Both the position numbers and the translations under genes were made by a program. Shown here in pieces: positions 1 to 12,600 of a stretch of 37,535 bases of DNA. Under the pieces are notes generated by a model that was given only the letters and a program-made list of their open reading frames with translations, had not been told where the DNA came from and searched no databases. The DNA is taken from positions 1-37,535 of the IMG/VR virus record IMGVR_UViG_3300020365_000050; one strand, 5' to 3'. This stretch comes from a virus. Taxonomy: Duplodnaviria; Caudoviricetes. How positions within the stretch are numbered: position 1 is the stretch's first letter; each line of letters begins with the position of its first letter.

Positions 1-635
1 GCAGGCAACCATTTTGATGATGAAGTATTCCACTTCAATACCTGATTATTGGTTGGAGCAGTTGTGGTTACATCCACATCTGAGAGCAAACCAATACTAG
101 AATATTCTGTAAGAAGTGTTGCACGAGTATCACCAACGCCCCCAGCAGTAATATTGATATTTACATACGGATTATCATCGCCATCAACAATAAAAAAGTA
201 ACCAGGATAAGTTGCTGCTGCAGGTGCTGCTCCTAGATTTGCCCATTCATTCTTATACTTAACTAATGTAGGAAAATCGATCGACCCATCAGTTCCCGAA
301 AATGTGCTAGTAATACTGCCAGCAGTAACAGTAAAATTGCCTGTGCCTTGAGGAGCAATAGGAATATTGCCGTTAGAAGAGGAAATGATAGATTGTCCAC
401 TAACATCTAAATTAGAAGTTAACGCACTATAGTCTGATGCCACAAAAGTTGTGCCATCATATCTCAAAACCTGTCCAGTTCCAGCATTAGCAACACTAAG
501 TTGTGTGGCAACACCATTACCTACCGCAGAATATAATTCATTAAAGTTATCATTAATCTTATCACCACCATCACGGAGGGTATCCCCCGTGTTGTCATTT
601 GCGTTATTACCAATTCCTATAAGTTGTTTAGCCAT
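1..635 (-). CDS. gp9/gp10-type baseplate wedge / tail-fibre connector protein (runs off the left edge)
   Basis: Not in the ORF track. ATG at 633-635 gives MAKQLIGIGNNANDNTGDTLRDGGDKINDNFNELY..., the N-terminal motif typical of T4-like gp9/gp10 and fibre proteins. The frame stays open to position 1 and a late promoter lies just upstream. Confidence 0.8.
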   Translation of the reverse strand, partial: MAKQLIGIGNNANDNTGDTLRDGGDKINDNFNELYSAVGNGVATQLSVANAGTGQVLRYDGTTFVASDYSALTSNLDVSGQSIISSSNGNIPIAPQGTGNFTVTAGSITSTFSGTDGSIDFPTLVKYKNEWANLGAAPAAATYPGYFFIVDGDDNPYVNINITAGGVGDTRATLLTEYSSIGLLSDVDVTTTAPTNNQVLKWNTSSSKWLP

Positions 636-656
636 TGACGGAAACTTCTTTTTAGT

Positions 657-664
657 TATTTATG
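657..664 (-). promoter_or_regulatory. T4-type late promoter (CATAAATA)
   Basis: Minus strand reads CATAAATAactaaaaag in the 32-bp gap before the gp9-like ATG. Matches the NATAAATA gp55-dependent consensus. Confidence 0.7.
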
Positions 665-667
665 TGG

Positions 668-3600
668 TTAAACGATTTCTGGGTCAATCGCTTCTTCTCC
701 ATACTGACTTAAATCTGGAGCAACCCAATCATCATCTACTGTTGTTTCGACGTTAATCGCAGCTTTCTGATAACCAGATCCGCCAGTATTAACAGCAACA
801 GATCCGACACCGACCAATGCCTTAATCTGTGCATCGAAACCACTAATAGAATCAACTCTAACAGTCGGTCTGGATGTATAACCAGATCCAGGTGATGTGA
901 CGGATACACTTCGGATTGTGCCAGAAGTAATTCCTGTGGCAGCAGCTGCATCCTTACCAAAGACAGACCCAAGATAATCAAAAGTAACCAAGGAGTTAGA
1001 AGATTCAATAACAGCGACTTCACGATCACTAACTTCTCCTTGAATCTCAATCAGGTCACCCGCTTCAATCGGAGGAACAACCACTGCAGCATCAACGTCT
1101 GCTTCAGATCCGACGTAGGAGAATGCAACAAATGTTGATCCTACGCGAGGAATTTCATTGAAGATAATTCTAGAACCAACGATTTCAAAACCAACTCCAG
1201 GTTCTTGAATAACACCATTAAGAGAAACAATAATATTATTTTCAGGTCTAATTGTTGATGACTGGACACCATCAGTAAGAGTTAGTGAGTAGAAAGTCTC
1301 ATTCCTTCTTAGGTTGAAGGACTGACGTAAGGAGTCAAACTCGAATGAAATATCATCGAGTTGTCTTAGTTTACCAACGTAGAATCCAGTAAACGAAGAT
1401 CCTAATGTTGGAGGTTCGCTAAACTGAATCTTATCGGAGAATGCTGTGAATGCTTGCGAAGCGCCTGGTGGTTGTAAGATACCATTGATAAAGATCAGCA
1501 TATGACCTGCAGGATCAGGGAAATATGCATCACCATTATTAATTGTCAGATCAAAAGTTGTCTGAGTGCCATCAAAACCACGGAAGTATCTAGATACTCT
1601 TGCCTTCAATTCAACATTCTCAATGATAGCAGCCTTGTATCCATTTCCAGACTTAATTGAGTCAGTAGCAGCAAATGTGCCAATAGTATTACTGATGTAA
1701 AGTCTCTTATTAAGTCCAACATCTTCAATAAACTGCACTTGACCAGCAGCTTGTCCCTCATAGTTAATTCTGGTGCTGACAGTAGCAAAACCTGTGCGCG
1801 TATTGGTAATATCATAGTGTGCAATAACATCGCCATTATTAAATCCACCAACCACAGGGACAACATAGATGTAATTATTGGGTAAATCTACTTTATTGAT
1901 AATGCCGTAGTTATTAACATCTTGGACTCCACCAGTAATTTTATAGAGGAAGTTTCCAACTACAAACTGATTTTCATTATTTTGAATAGAAATTCCAAGT
2001 CTTGTATATCCATCTGTTACCAATCTATCACCAACACCGATATCAAATCCAGCATATTTTTGGACCTCTAGATACAATCTAGATTCTTCTGGATATACAA
2101 CAGATGTAGTCTCAAAAGATCCTCTAGTAGTTTCAGTATCAACAACTAGTTTTCCTCCAGTGTTATCTAAAACTGCAGCATCATTTTTGTAGAAAACTTC
2201 TGTGGCAGCGGTGCTATTTGATGTATATCCTTTAAAGATAGAATTAGTCTCAAAATCACCAAGAGTATCAATGATTTGTAGACGATTTGTGATCTGATCA
2301 ATTTGAGCACTAGTGCCATTTTCCGCTCCAACAACTATATCAGCCAATGCCCAAGTGCCGCCTGTAACTGCAACATCTACATATTTGTAATTTGCATCTT
2401 CATAGAATCCATAAACAACACCATTTACAGTCGAATCACCCTGCTTCTGCACAATTTCATTCATAGTAAATGGACCATTGGTGATATCACCAGTGATTCG
2501 CATTCTCTTATAGTCTTTAACAACTAGACCTTCATTTACTGTAACTTTCTGGACTTCAGAACTTGCATCACTGAGAGATCCATATAAGAAATCAGATCCT
2601 TCAATACCACCACCAAGAGGCACAGGAATTATTCTTTCACCGAAAGTCTTAGAAGGAATAGTAACACTTCCCACTAGAGTAACAGTCAAATAGTGATCAC
2701 TATCTAAAAGTTGAGATTTGATCATCTTCAGATTTTCTCTAATAATTCTCTGAATAGAATTTGAGTTATAATCAGATGCAATACTAGAATTGAAGACGGG
2801 GATAGATCCAGAATTTGTCGCAGGATTTGGTAGAGTGCCATTAAGTGCTAACTCGGTATAATCCTCAAGTAACTCTAGAGCATATTTCTTGATATTATAT
2901 TCAATATTGGAGAAGAATACATCGCCATTAACTGCAGTATATGCATCAAGTGGACCTGCATTAATCTTGGATCCCCAAACGAGAATTCCACTGCTATTAT
3001 CACCAGCAAAAACTATATTTCCTGCATTATTGAGCAGATAAATATCAGATCTCAACTGAGTAAATCCATAACCAAACGTGCCAGTAATATAAATTCTATA
3101 CCATCCATTTCCATATGGAATAGCACCAACTTCATCTAATGTAAGGACTCCAGGTTGACCAACTTCAAATGTTTGCTCAATAGTGCCTGTCTGAAGATCG
3201 ATCTGAATAAAGATATTGGAAGAGAATGGGACAGGTCTGAAGTAATGCCTAATCTTATTATAACCATCAGCTTTTACAAAATAAGATGTTGTATATTGCT
3301 GTGTGGAATTCTCATCATTTGGACCATTATCAAATGATAGAGCGTCAGTATCAAACTTAACACCACTATCATCAAAGGTATTGTATGAAGTGAGATTTAA
3401 TGTTCTATAGAATAATTTTTCTCCAGTAGAAGTGTTAGGTCTAATTCTGATGGCAGTTTCAGTATTATCTGGAGAAGTGGAATAGTTATTTGTTGGAGTA
3501 TTGATACCACTTTCATACCAACTATTAGATACATAGGTTTCTGGATTTGTAACCAAATTGGTGGAAGATCCTTCATCTTCTACCAAAGATGTAATATTTC

Positions 3601-6600
3601 TAGCGAGGTCAAATGTTCTAATATTACCAACATTAGTATACCAATCAAATGCTGTTGATACTCCATTGGTAGGAATCTCTGCAGTAACATTACCCTGCGT
3701 TAAAAATTGTCCAGCGGCAAGTGCAGTACCTGTTACAGGACCAACATATACTGCATTACCAATGTCCTCATAAACAATGGCAGATCCTCCAGCAGATGTA
3801 ACTAGAAGTTGACCAGGAGTAAATCTAGAAGAATCTAAGACAACAGTAATATTAGTAACTGTTGCTGCTGTTGTTGGATTGCCCCCAGCAATAGTGGCGT
3901 TAGGAGGTGAAGAAGGTATATAACCAGATCCTCGGTTTGTAATATTAATTGCAATTACAGAGCGAGAAGAATTAAATGCCAATGTTGGAGTGGTTGGAGT
4001 GCCGCTCTGAGAATCCGCTACACCAAAGTTTACGGAAATTGTATTACCAACTGCATTGAATCCACCTTGACCATTACTAAACATAGAAACACGAGTAATA
4101 CCATAATGATCATCACTGGAACTGCTACTATGCTGCATTTGCCTAATAGTAACTTTTACATTAGAAGATTCTTTTTCACTTTCTAATAGAGGAACGTCAA
4201 CTGCGGTTAATGAAGTGAAGTTGGTGTAATTGTTAGCACCACCTTCATTACTACTACCACCATAAACAAGACGACCTCTGAAATTTAAAGGACCATTATC
4301 TACAGAAATATAGAGACCCAAATCTTCATCTGTATCTGGTGCTTCACCACCATTACTGCCGCTACCAGCAATAACATAGACTCTTAAAGTATCATATCCA
4401 GCACCAGAAGCATTAAATTGCTTATTAACTTGGACTTGTCTTTGGGGATATGATCCCGTGCCAGCACCAAATTTAACATGCTCATATCCAACATTAAATC
4501 CACCAGTGCTGCCAGATCCAGTGCCATTACTGACAATTGCTGCCGCAGGACTAAACGTGAATTCACCTGAAGGTGTGCTGGAGCGGAAATCTACAAATTC
4601 ACCATCATAAGTTACATTAGTAATTCCTCCACTAGTCTGCTCTAAATATCCACCATGTGTTCCTGTAAATCCAGATCCAGAGAAACTGTAATTACCATTA
4701 GCAGTGTATCCACTACCAGCAGCAGTAATGTCAATACTTGTCAATACTGCAGAATCACTCAAAACTGCTTCTGCAGTCGCTTGAATACCACCAGCACCTG
4801 GGGCATCAATTGTAACTGTAGGAGCGGAATCATATCCTGCACCACCATTAAAGTTAATAGTATTAATAACACCTTCTCTTAGAAGAGAAACTTTTTGAGC
4901 TTGAGTCGTATTTGAAGAACTTGTGTCAGTGATAATAACATCATGCTCAATATCAGTAATTAAATCATCTAAGAATTGCTCAAATGTCCAGGATCCAGAA
5001 CCAAATTGAGTATTTACAATAGAAGAAATTTCATTCTTATAATAACCTTCATTAAATAGGATATTCTTGGAAGCAGACACTCCAGTATCCCCAGAAGGAG
5101 TAAAGATTAGAATTATACTATCAATTAGATCTTCAAATCTAGATACAACACTGTTAGTGTTTGTGATTGTTTCACTATCTCTATATGCAGGAATAGTATT
5201 ATATTGTGCCTGATATTCATTGGGTGGAGTTACAGATTCGCTGAATCCGAATAGATAATTTTGAAGTGCTTTTACTCCTAAGAATTTAAATTGCTTAAGC
5301 AATTCAACAAATTGACCAAGAATATCTTCGATTCTAGTTACCCTCAACTGAGCAGTAATAAATTTAGCAATAGAATCAACCGCACTATTATTTCCACCAG
5401 TCTGAAGATCGGAAATAATAGAAATCATGATAATCTCAAGATCAGATCTAATTTGTGTTTCTGTATTTTCGCCCGTAAACGAATATGAATTGAAAGTAGA
5501 TCCACCTAAAGTGTAACTATATGCTGCCTTAGTAAGACCAATAGTTTCAAAGGCAATATAGTCTCTATTAAAGTAAAGTCTATCACCAGCAATCTGATAA
5601 TCATTATCGGAAGGAGAAATGATATAATTAAGAACGTCATCAACTAATGTGTCAATTGCATTTTTGACATTTGCACAATCACCTGCTGTGCTTACTGCAT
5701 TAGATGCAGCACTTACAAATGTATGTGCATATTGTTGACCAGCGGGAGAAGCACCAACATTAACTGTAATTGTAGTTGCTGTTGTAGCAATAACCTCAAG
5801 GTTTACTCCAGATGCAGGATCAGTTGATCTTGGATATGTGTGGTTGCTACCATTACCATCCTGAGAGCAAGTAAATGTTAATGAGTTATCAGCAATTGTA
5901 ATAAAGCGTCCTAAAGCGAGACTGTGTGCTCCAATAGTAAGCTCCATGACACCAGTTGCAGGATCATAAGTTGCTCCTGTAGGTGTGAAATTGACTGGTG
6001 CATCATTAGTAATTCCCCAGTCACCAATAATAACATTGTTGGTGTTGCTGTCATCAAGATCGCCAGTAATTGCTTGTTTTGAATAATATGCAAGACGCTG
6101 ATGAGCATATGCCGACTGCCAAACTTGAAGTCTGATATGAATTAATTCATCATTATTGCCAAGATAGAATCTACCCGCTCTAACGGTATTCTCATTACCA
6201 CCATCTTCAAGATCTTTAGCAATAGCGTCCAAGATTAATCCTAGGTCAGTCTGACATCTTAAAGTGCCATCATTAGATCCACCCACATTTCTGGGCATAT
6301 CTGTAGCAAGATCAGGATAGCGTGTGAGCATATCAAAGGATGCTTTGTCTACAATTGCACCCCTATTAAGACGAATTAGACTTGCGGCATCCTTGAATCT
6401 ACTTCTAGAATCAACATCAATCTGATTTGTATAGAGCACTTCATTTGCAGCATCATTTAGCGAAACTGTGATGGGAACTTCAATGAAGGAATCAACGACT
6501 CCACCAAGATATTCATAAACGGGCGAAACTTTAGTAACACTTGCTAAATGATCTACAGGTGTTCCTGCAGTAGCATTAGAAATGGTATCCTCTGCAATAG

Positions 6601-9600
6601 ACACTAAGTTATCAATAGTGGTCTTAACATCTGCACAATCAGCAGAAGTATAATTTAGGACTGTGACTGCATTAGATGCAGCACTCACAAATGTATGAGC
6701 GTATTGATCTTGAGGACCAGATGCACCTACATTAACTGTAATTGTAGTTGCATCAGCAGCAGTAATTGCCAATACAGCATTTGCAGCAGGATCAGTTGCC
6801 CTAGGATAAGAATGGTTGCTTGCATTACCATCTTTAGTGCATGTAAATGTTAGAGAATCAATAGCAATACCAATTCTATCTGAAGTAGTTAAGGAGTGAC
6901 TTCCGATGGTTAACTGCAAAGTGCCAGTCGAAGCGGTATAAACTGCAGCAGATGGCGTATATGTTGTTAACGTTGAATAGGAAGAATCGGTAATAGTAGT
7001 ATCAGTAGTTTGTGTCAATCCATGACTACCAGTTACAGTAACCAAAACATTATTAATGATATTTTGAGAATAACTGTTTACATATTGATATGTCTGGAGT
7101 TGTAAACTCTCTTCGCCACTGAATCTAGTAGTTGTAATTGGAGTTGCGTCTCTATTAACACTGGTTGCAGCAAAGTCCCACATGTGGTTATTGCTTCCAT
7201 TATTTAAATCTGAAGTTAGACTATCAATAGTAGTTCTAACTTCTTGTGCGTAATCATAGTTAGCAGCAACAGATTCATATTTCCAAATATATGCACGACC
7301 TGCTTGAGATTGATTATTTACAGCATCACGAGATCCCGCCATGACATAATTTCCATTTGCAAACAGAGTGCTAAGTCCAAGTTGACTATTTGCTGCTGTG
7401 CTGGTTTCGGTGAGTTTTACTTGATTAGTGCCATCCCTATCAAACTTGTAGATTGTTCCTGTAGAAGAAAGACTTCTTTCATCTCCACCGCTTGCTGCAA
7501 CAAATACTGCCGTAGAGTTAACTGCAACTTGGACACCAAAATTATCTCCAGTAGTAGCGTCACTGGCGACAATCTTAGCAACAAAGGTGCCATCATTTTG
7601 ATATAGATATGCGGATCCGCCAGGACCATCACCATTAGCACCAATAACAATTAAGTTATTGTATGCATCAACAGATGTGCCGAAATTATCATTTGCTGCA
7701 CCATTTGTCGATCCAGCAGTAATCTTAACTTCACCAGTACCATCTAGGTTATAAACATAAACTGATCCAGAATTATTTCCATTATCATCATCGTTATATG
7801 CACCAACAATAATCTTATTGTTTTGCTCATCTATTGCTACAGAATAACCAAAGTTATCATCTGCTGCTCCATCACTAGCAACAATCTTAACTTGATTAGT
7901 GCCATCTAGATCGAAACGATAAACAGCACCTTCACCACTGGATTCTCCAGGAGCACCAACAAAAATGTAAGTACCTGTCATTGCAACAGAAATACCAAAG
8001 TTGTCTGATGCAGCATCATCAGAAGCAACAATTTTATTTTCTCCTGTGCCATCAAGGTTGTAAGTATAGATACAACCCGAACCATCACCACCATCATCAT
8101 TGTAAGGAGCACCAACAGCAATCTTATTACCCCCAACCGCTACAGAATAACCAAAGCGATCAGAATCAGCTTTATCGGAAGCAACGATGCGAGTTTCATA
8201 TACACCAGCATCACTATAAACATAAACAGATCCACTATTGTAAATGCTGTTAGAAGCATCATCATCCTCCTGAGCACCAATTACAAATTTTCCATTTCCA
8301 TGAGCAACACTCCAAGAGAATAAATCGCCATTATTATAATCAGGAGCATTTAAAACATATTTGGGAGCGGTAGTTGCTAATTCTGTTGGTAGATTTGGTT
8401 GAATGAGATATCTAATTTCTTGTGCAAGGAATTCCTTATTGGACTGCAATAGTTTTGCTGCATCCAAATAACGATGACTATTTCCAGTAAATCCACCAGG
8501 AGTAGATGCACTAGAGCGACTTGTAGCAAGAATTGCATCATTGTTAAATTCATGTCCATTAGTCCAGTTTTGCTCACCAGACCAATCTTCAGTGTATACT
8601 TGACCATTTTCACCGTCAAAGTGGAGAAGCAGGACAGTATTAGTATCTCCTTGATTGATTCCTGTGGGAGCGGTAAACGCACCAGTGTAACGAGCAGTAG
8701 TAGAAATTCTCAACTCATCAATATAACCAGGGAATGCTGCAGTTCCATTGAGGTTTGCACCAATTTTAATTGGTCTTGTTGAACCATAATCAGTGGTATC
8801 TGTGAGATTAGATCCCTCCTGAGCGCCATTAAGATACAACTTAGTTACGCCACTTTCTCTAACTACTGCAACGTGATACCAAGTATTAGCAACAAGATTA
8901 GTGGATCCAGTAATAGATCCAGCTCCGTTTGCCGATTGGAATGCGACTGTAGAACCGCTTAAATATAAGTTTGCAGCAGTATCGCTACCAGTAGGTCTAA
9001 AATCTACAAGCATTTTTGTCCCACTAGCAACACTATTGGGTTTGATCCAAAGCTCAACAGTGAAATCATTAGTGCCAAATCCAAATTCAGTAGAAGTAGG
9101 AATGGTCAAATACTCATCTACAGGAACTGCACCAACATTAACGGTGATTGTGGTAGCGGTAACTGCACTGATAGCGAGATTGCTTCCAGAAGCAGGATCT
9201 CCCGAGCGAGGATATGAATAATTATTAGTATTATTATCCGAAGAGCAAGTGAATGTAACACCATCATCTGAGATAGTTACAGTATTGGAAGTGGTCAAAG
9301 AGTGAGATCCGATCTCAATAACCATAACTCCACTGATAGGATCATAAGTGGTGCCAGTTGCAGCAGTAAAGCTACCTGTAGCACCACTACCCGCAGTAAT
9401 TGCATCGGTTACACCACTAACAAAAGTATGTGCTGATGTGCCTTTAGAAAGAGCTAAGCAACCTGTGCCAAACTTTTCATTATAAGTATTGATCTGAGCA
9501 CCTTGGACAAAGGTTGCCTTATGATAATCTTCACCGTTTGCTTGAGATCTACCCATCTTTCCAAGGTAGACAATATCAGTGGCACGATTATAACCTAATA

Positions 9601-12600
9601 CTTCCGCTTTAGTATTTTCAGATCTGATAATCTGTCCTCTAGCGAAGAAACCTTCACCAACCTCTCCTGTCAGAGAAAGTTTTCTAACTCTTGCTTCATC
9701 ATTTTGCAAGAATTGACCATATACATTACCGTAATCTAACTTATAGTTTCTTACAAACTCACCTTCAGTAAATGCACCAGTTTCACTAACATATTTGATG
9801 GTGTAGTTATTAATAATTTCATTATTTGGGAATTTAGAATTAAACAGAGTGTTTGATTCATAATTATCAAAACTAACAATATTAACCTGAGACTGAGACA
9901 GATTATCCAAAATAATGTTTGGATACGCCTGAGAGGTAATTCTATTAAACAGAAGACCCGAGAAAGAGGATCCTTCAGAAATTTCTACAGTATCAACAAA
10001 TTGCTGAGTTACAGGATCTTGATATGGAGTAGTAGATGTAATTCTTGCAACAACTCCAGATCCAGCAGCGATAATGGTATCGTTGAGTTGAATATCAAAT
10101 AGACCAGGAGTAGATTGATATGTGCCTGTTGTCTTACTCAAAAGAAGGGTGTTAGTAACTTCGATTTGAGTTCCATAAATTGGAGTGCCTGCAAGATGAC
10201 CAACTGAAGACGTGCCTAGTTGTGCTCTAGTAACAGTAAGTGTTGTTGCCTGAGTTCCTTGAGAAATATCAGTTACAGTGACAATTTCAGATGCGATTTG
10301 ATAATTCTCTCCGACTTCAAAAACGCCAGCAGCAACAGGAACTTCAGATCCATCATCAGTAATAGCAACAACATCAAAAGAGGTTGTATTTAGACCAATG
10401 TTAAATCTAGTATCAGCAAGTGGAGTCTCTTGACCAGATGCTAAGTTAATTCTCTCAACTTTTGCAGTGTCACCTTGAATATTTCTAATATTTTCACCAT
10501 ATCTAAACAAACCGATATTAGGAATGGCAGAGACACTTACGAGATTAGCACTAAATCCAGTTGCATTAGAAGTTACCAATTCACCTGTAGAGAATGTGCC
10601 TTCAGTGATAAATGCTGTGATTGTATCACCAGCAGTAGAAACCACTCTGGCTCTTGCACTTGAAGCAACACCAACTAGATAATTTCCTACAGGTGGGAAG
10701 ATACCAGAGGTATTAGTTACTGTGAATAGACTGGTTTGAATTTGCTCAATACCAACACTAACATACTTAACAAGAGCAACGGGTTGTGGAGGTTCTGCAA
10801 ATACAATGGAATCATTCAGGACTTCAAATGATTCTTCTGGTGTTTGGACAACGCCATTCAATACAATCATCAACTGATTGGAATTAGCGATAACAGTTTC
10901 TCCATCAACAGTCATTGGGAATTGAGTTCTCTCCCCATCAAATAGATTCGAGATATCGTCTAGTCTTTGTACAACAGAAGTAAGAATATTCTCAGAAGAT
11001 GTCAGTCTCTTCTGTCTGAATAAGACTTCAGTATTATCAAATTCTTGATAGATAGGTTCTGCTAATGCAAAGTTTTGAATATTAGGTACTACTGCATCTC
11101 TTGTCAATTCAACAGACTTAGTTAATTCAAATGAAGTTTCCTTATTAGGAATCTCAGCACTGTCTTGAATCTCTAACTGACCAAATACTTTAAAAGAAGC
11201 AGGATGGACATTTTTGATAACCGTATTCTTCCATTCTTCAATAGAAACTGAAGAATTGATAGCATATGAGAAATCTTGATAATAATAAGAGTCTTGAATC
11301 TTTTGAATAATTTCAGAAGGTTTACCAACATCATCAACAAATTGTCCTGTGGTCTTGGTGATAGGACCAATTTCTAGGACGCCCTTAGCAATCTTCAGAT
11401 CACCAATAATACCAGAAGACTTGGAAATAGTGCCAGTAATCTTTTGATTTAAATTAAATTCTCCATCATAGTTGACGATTTTAATAATTCTGGCACCAAC
11501 TTGCCAACCATTATTTGTAGATACATATCCAGTTGCAGTTGCAGTTTCTAAGGAATCACCCTGATAAATCAATTCACCTTCAAGGAAGATAGAAGTGCCA
11601 ACATTAGCAGTTGCTTGACCACCAAAAGATGACGTTAAGACCTGTTGACGACCAACACCAGCATTGATGAAAGAAATTGCATCACCAAGCTCAGCATTTG
11701 ATGCTGTAATGGCTAGTTTCATTTGGTCATCATCTAAAGAATTGGCAGCTCCAGTAATTGCATAATAAGTATTAGTGCCATTCAATGTGCCGACTGCACC
11801 AGATGCAACGGGGAATCCAGCACCATCTCCAGTATCAACAACATTCAACGTAACTTCTGCTCCATTTGGAATGCCATGAGGGAATGCAAACTGGAGTAAA
11901 CCCAAATCTAAGTTAACCACATAGTTGAATGAAGATTTCAATTCAACTTTAGGTTCTGTAGAATATCCAGATCCAGGATCTTTAACAATAATTGTATCAA
12001 GACGACCGTTTTTAATGGTTGCCTCGGCAATAGCGTTAGATCCACCGCCACCAGTTAATGTAACAACAGGTGCTTGTGTATATCCCGATCCAGGATCAGT
12101 AATTGTAATACTTTCAAGAATACTAGTATTAATTAACTGAGCATTGATTGGGAAAGTAATTTCAGGTCTTAAAGTATAATCGTGAGGATAATCATAACCG
12201 AAGTTATTATTATTCAGTTTCTTAATTTTACCAACATTAGTGCCTTTCGTGAAAATGGATGCACCAGTGCCAAAAGGTGGAATGACAACTTCAAGATCTG
12301 CACCAGATCCAGCTAATCCCGATCCAAGAATACCATCAATTGCCTGAATATCAATAGATGCGGTTGTATATCCCTTTCCAGGAGAAGTTACCTTAACTTC
12401 AGTAATCTGACCAGGAGTTGTAATTCCCTCATCATCTGTAGTATTTTCAACTTTAATTTCAACAAATCCACCTTCACCATCACCCAAAATAGGCACGCTG
12501 TTATATGTACCTACAGCATATTCGGTGCCAGGTTCGTTAATTTGGACCCTCTCAATTTTTCTGCTGGAATTGATTCCTGTAATTTTTGGTAGTTTTGTAT

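Larger units (their letters stand above)
5690..9440 (-). repeat. Three copies of a ~95-aa beta-rich module within the giant protein (~9130-9440, ~6660-6970, ~5690-5990)
   Basis: Shared YDP.TG...L.IG.HSL....I..D.LTFTC..D.N..NH.YPR..DPA...L......TTITVNVG and AHTFVS motifs. Two copies are still similar at DNA level (gatgcagcactcacaaatgtatgagc vs gatgcagcacttacaaatgtatgtgc). Confidence 0.9.
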
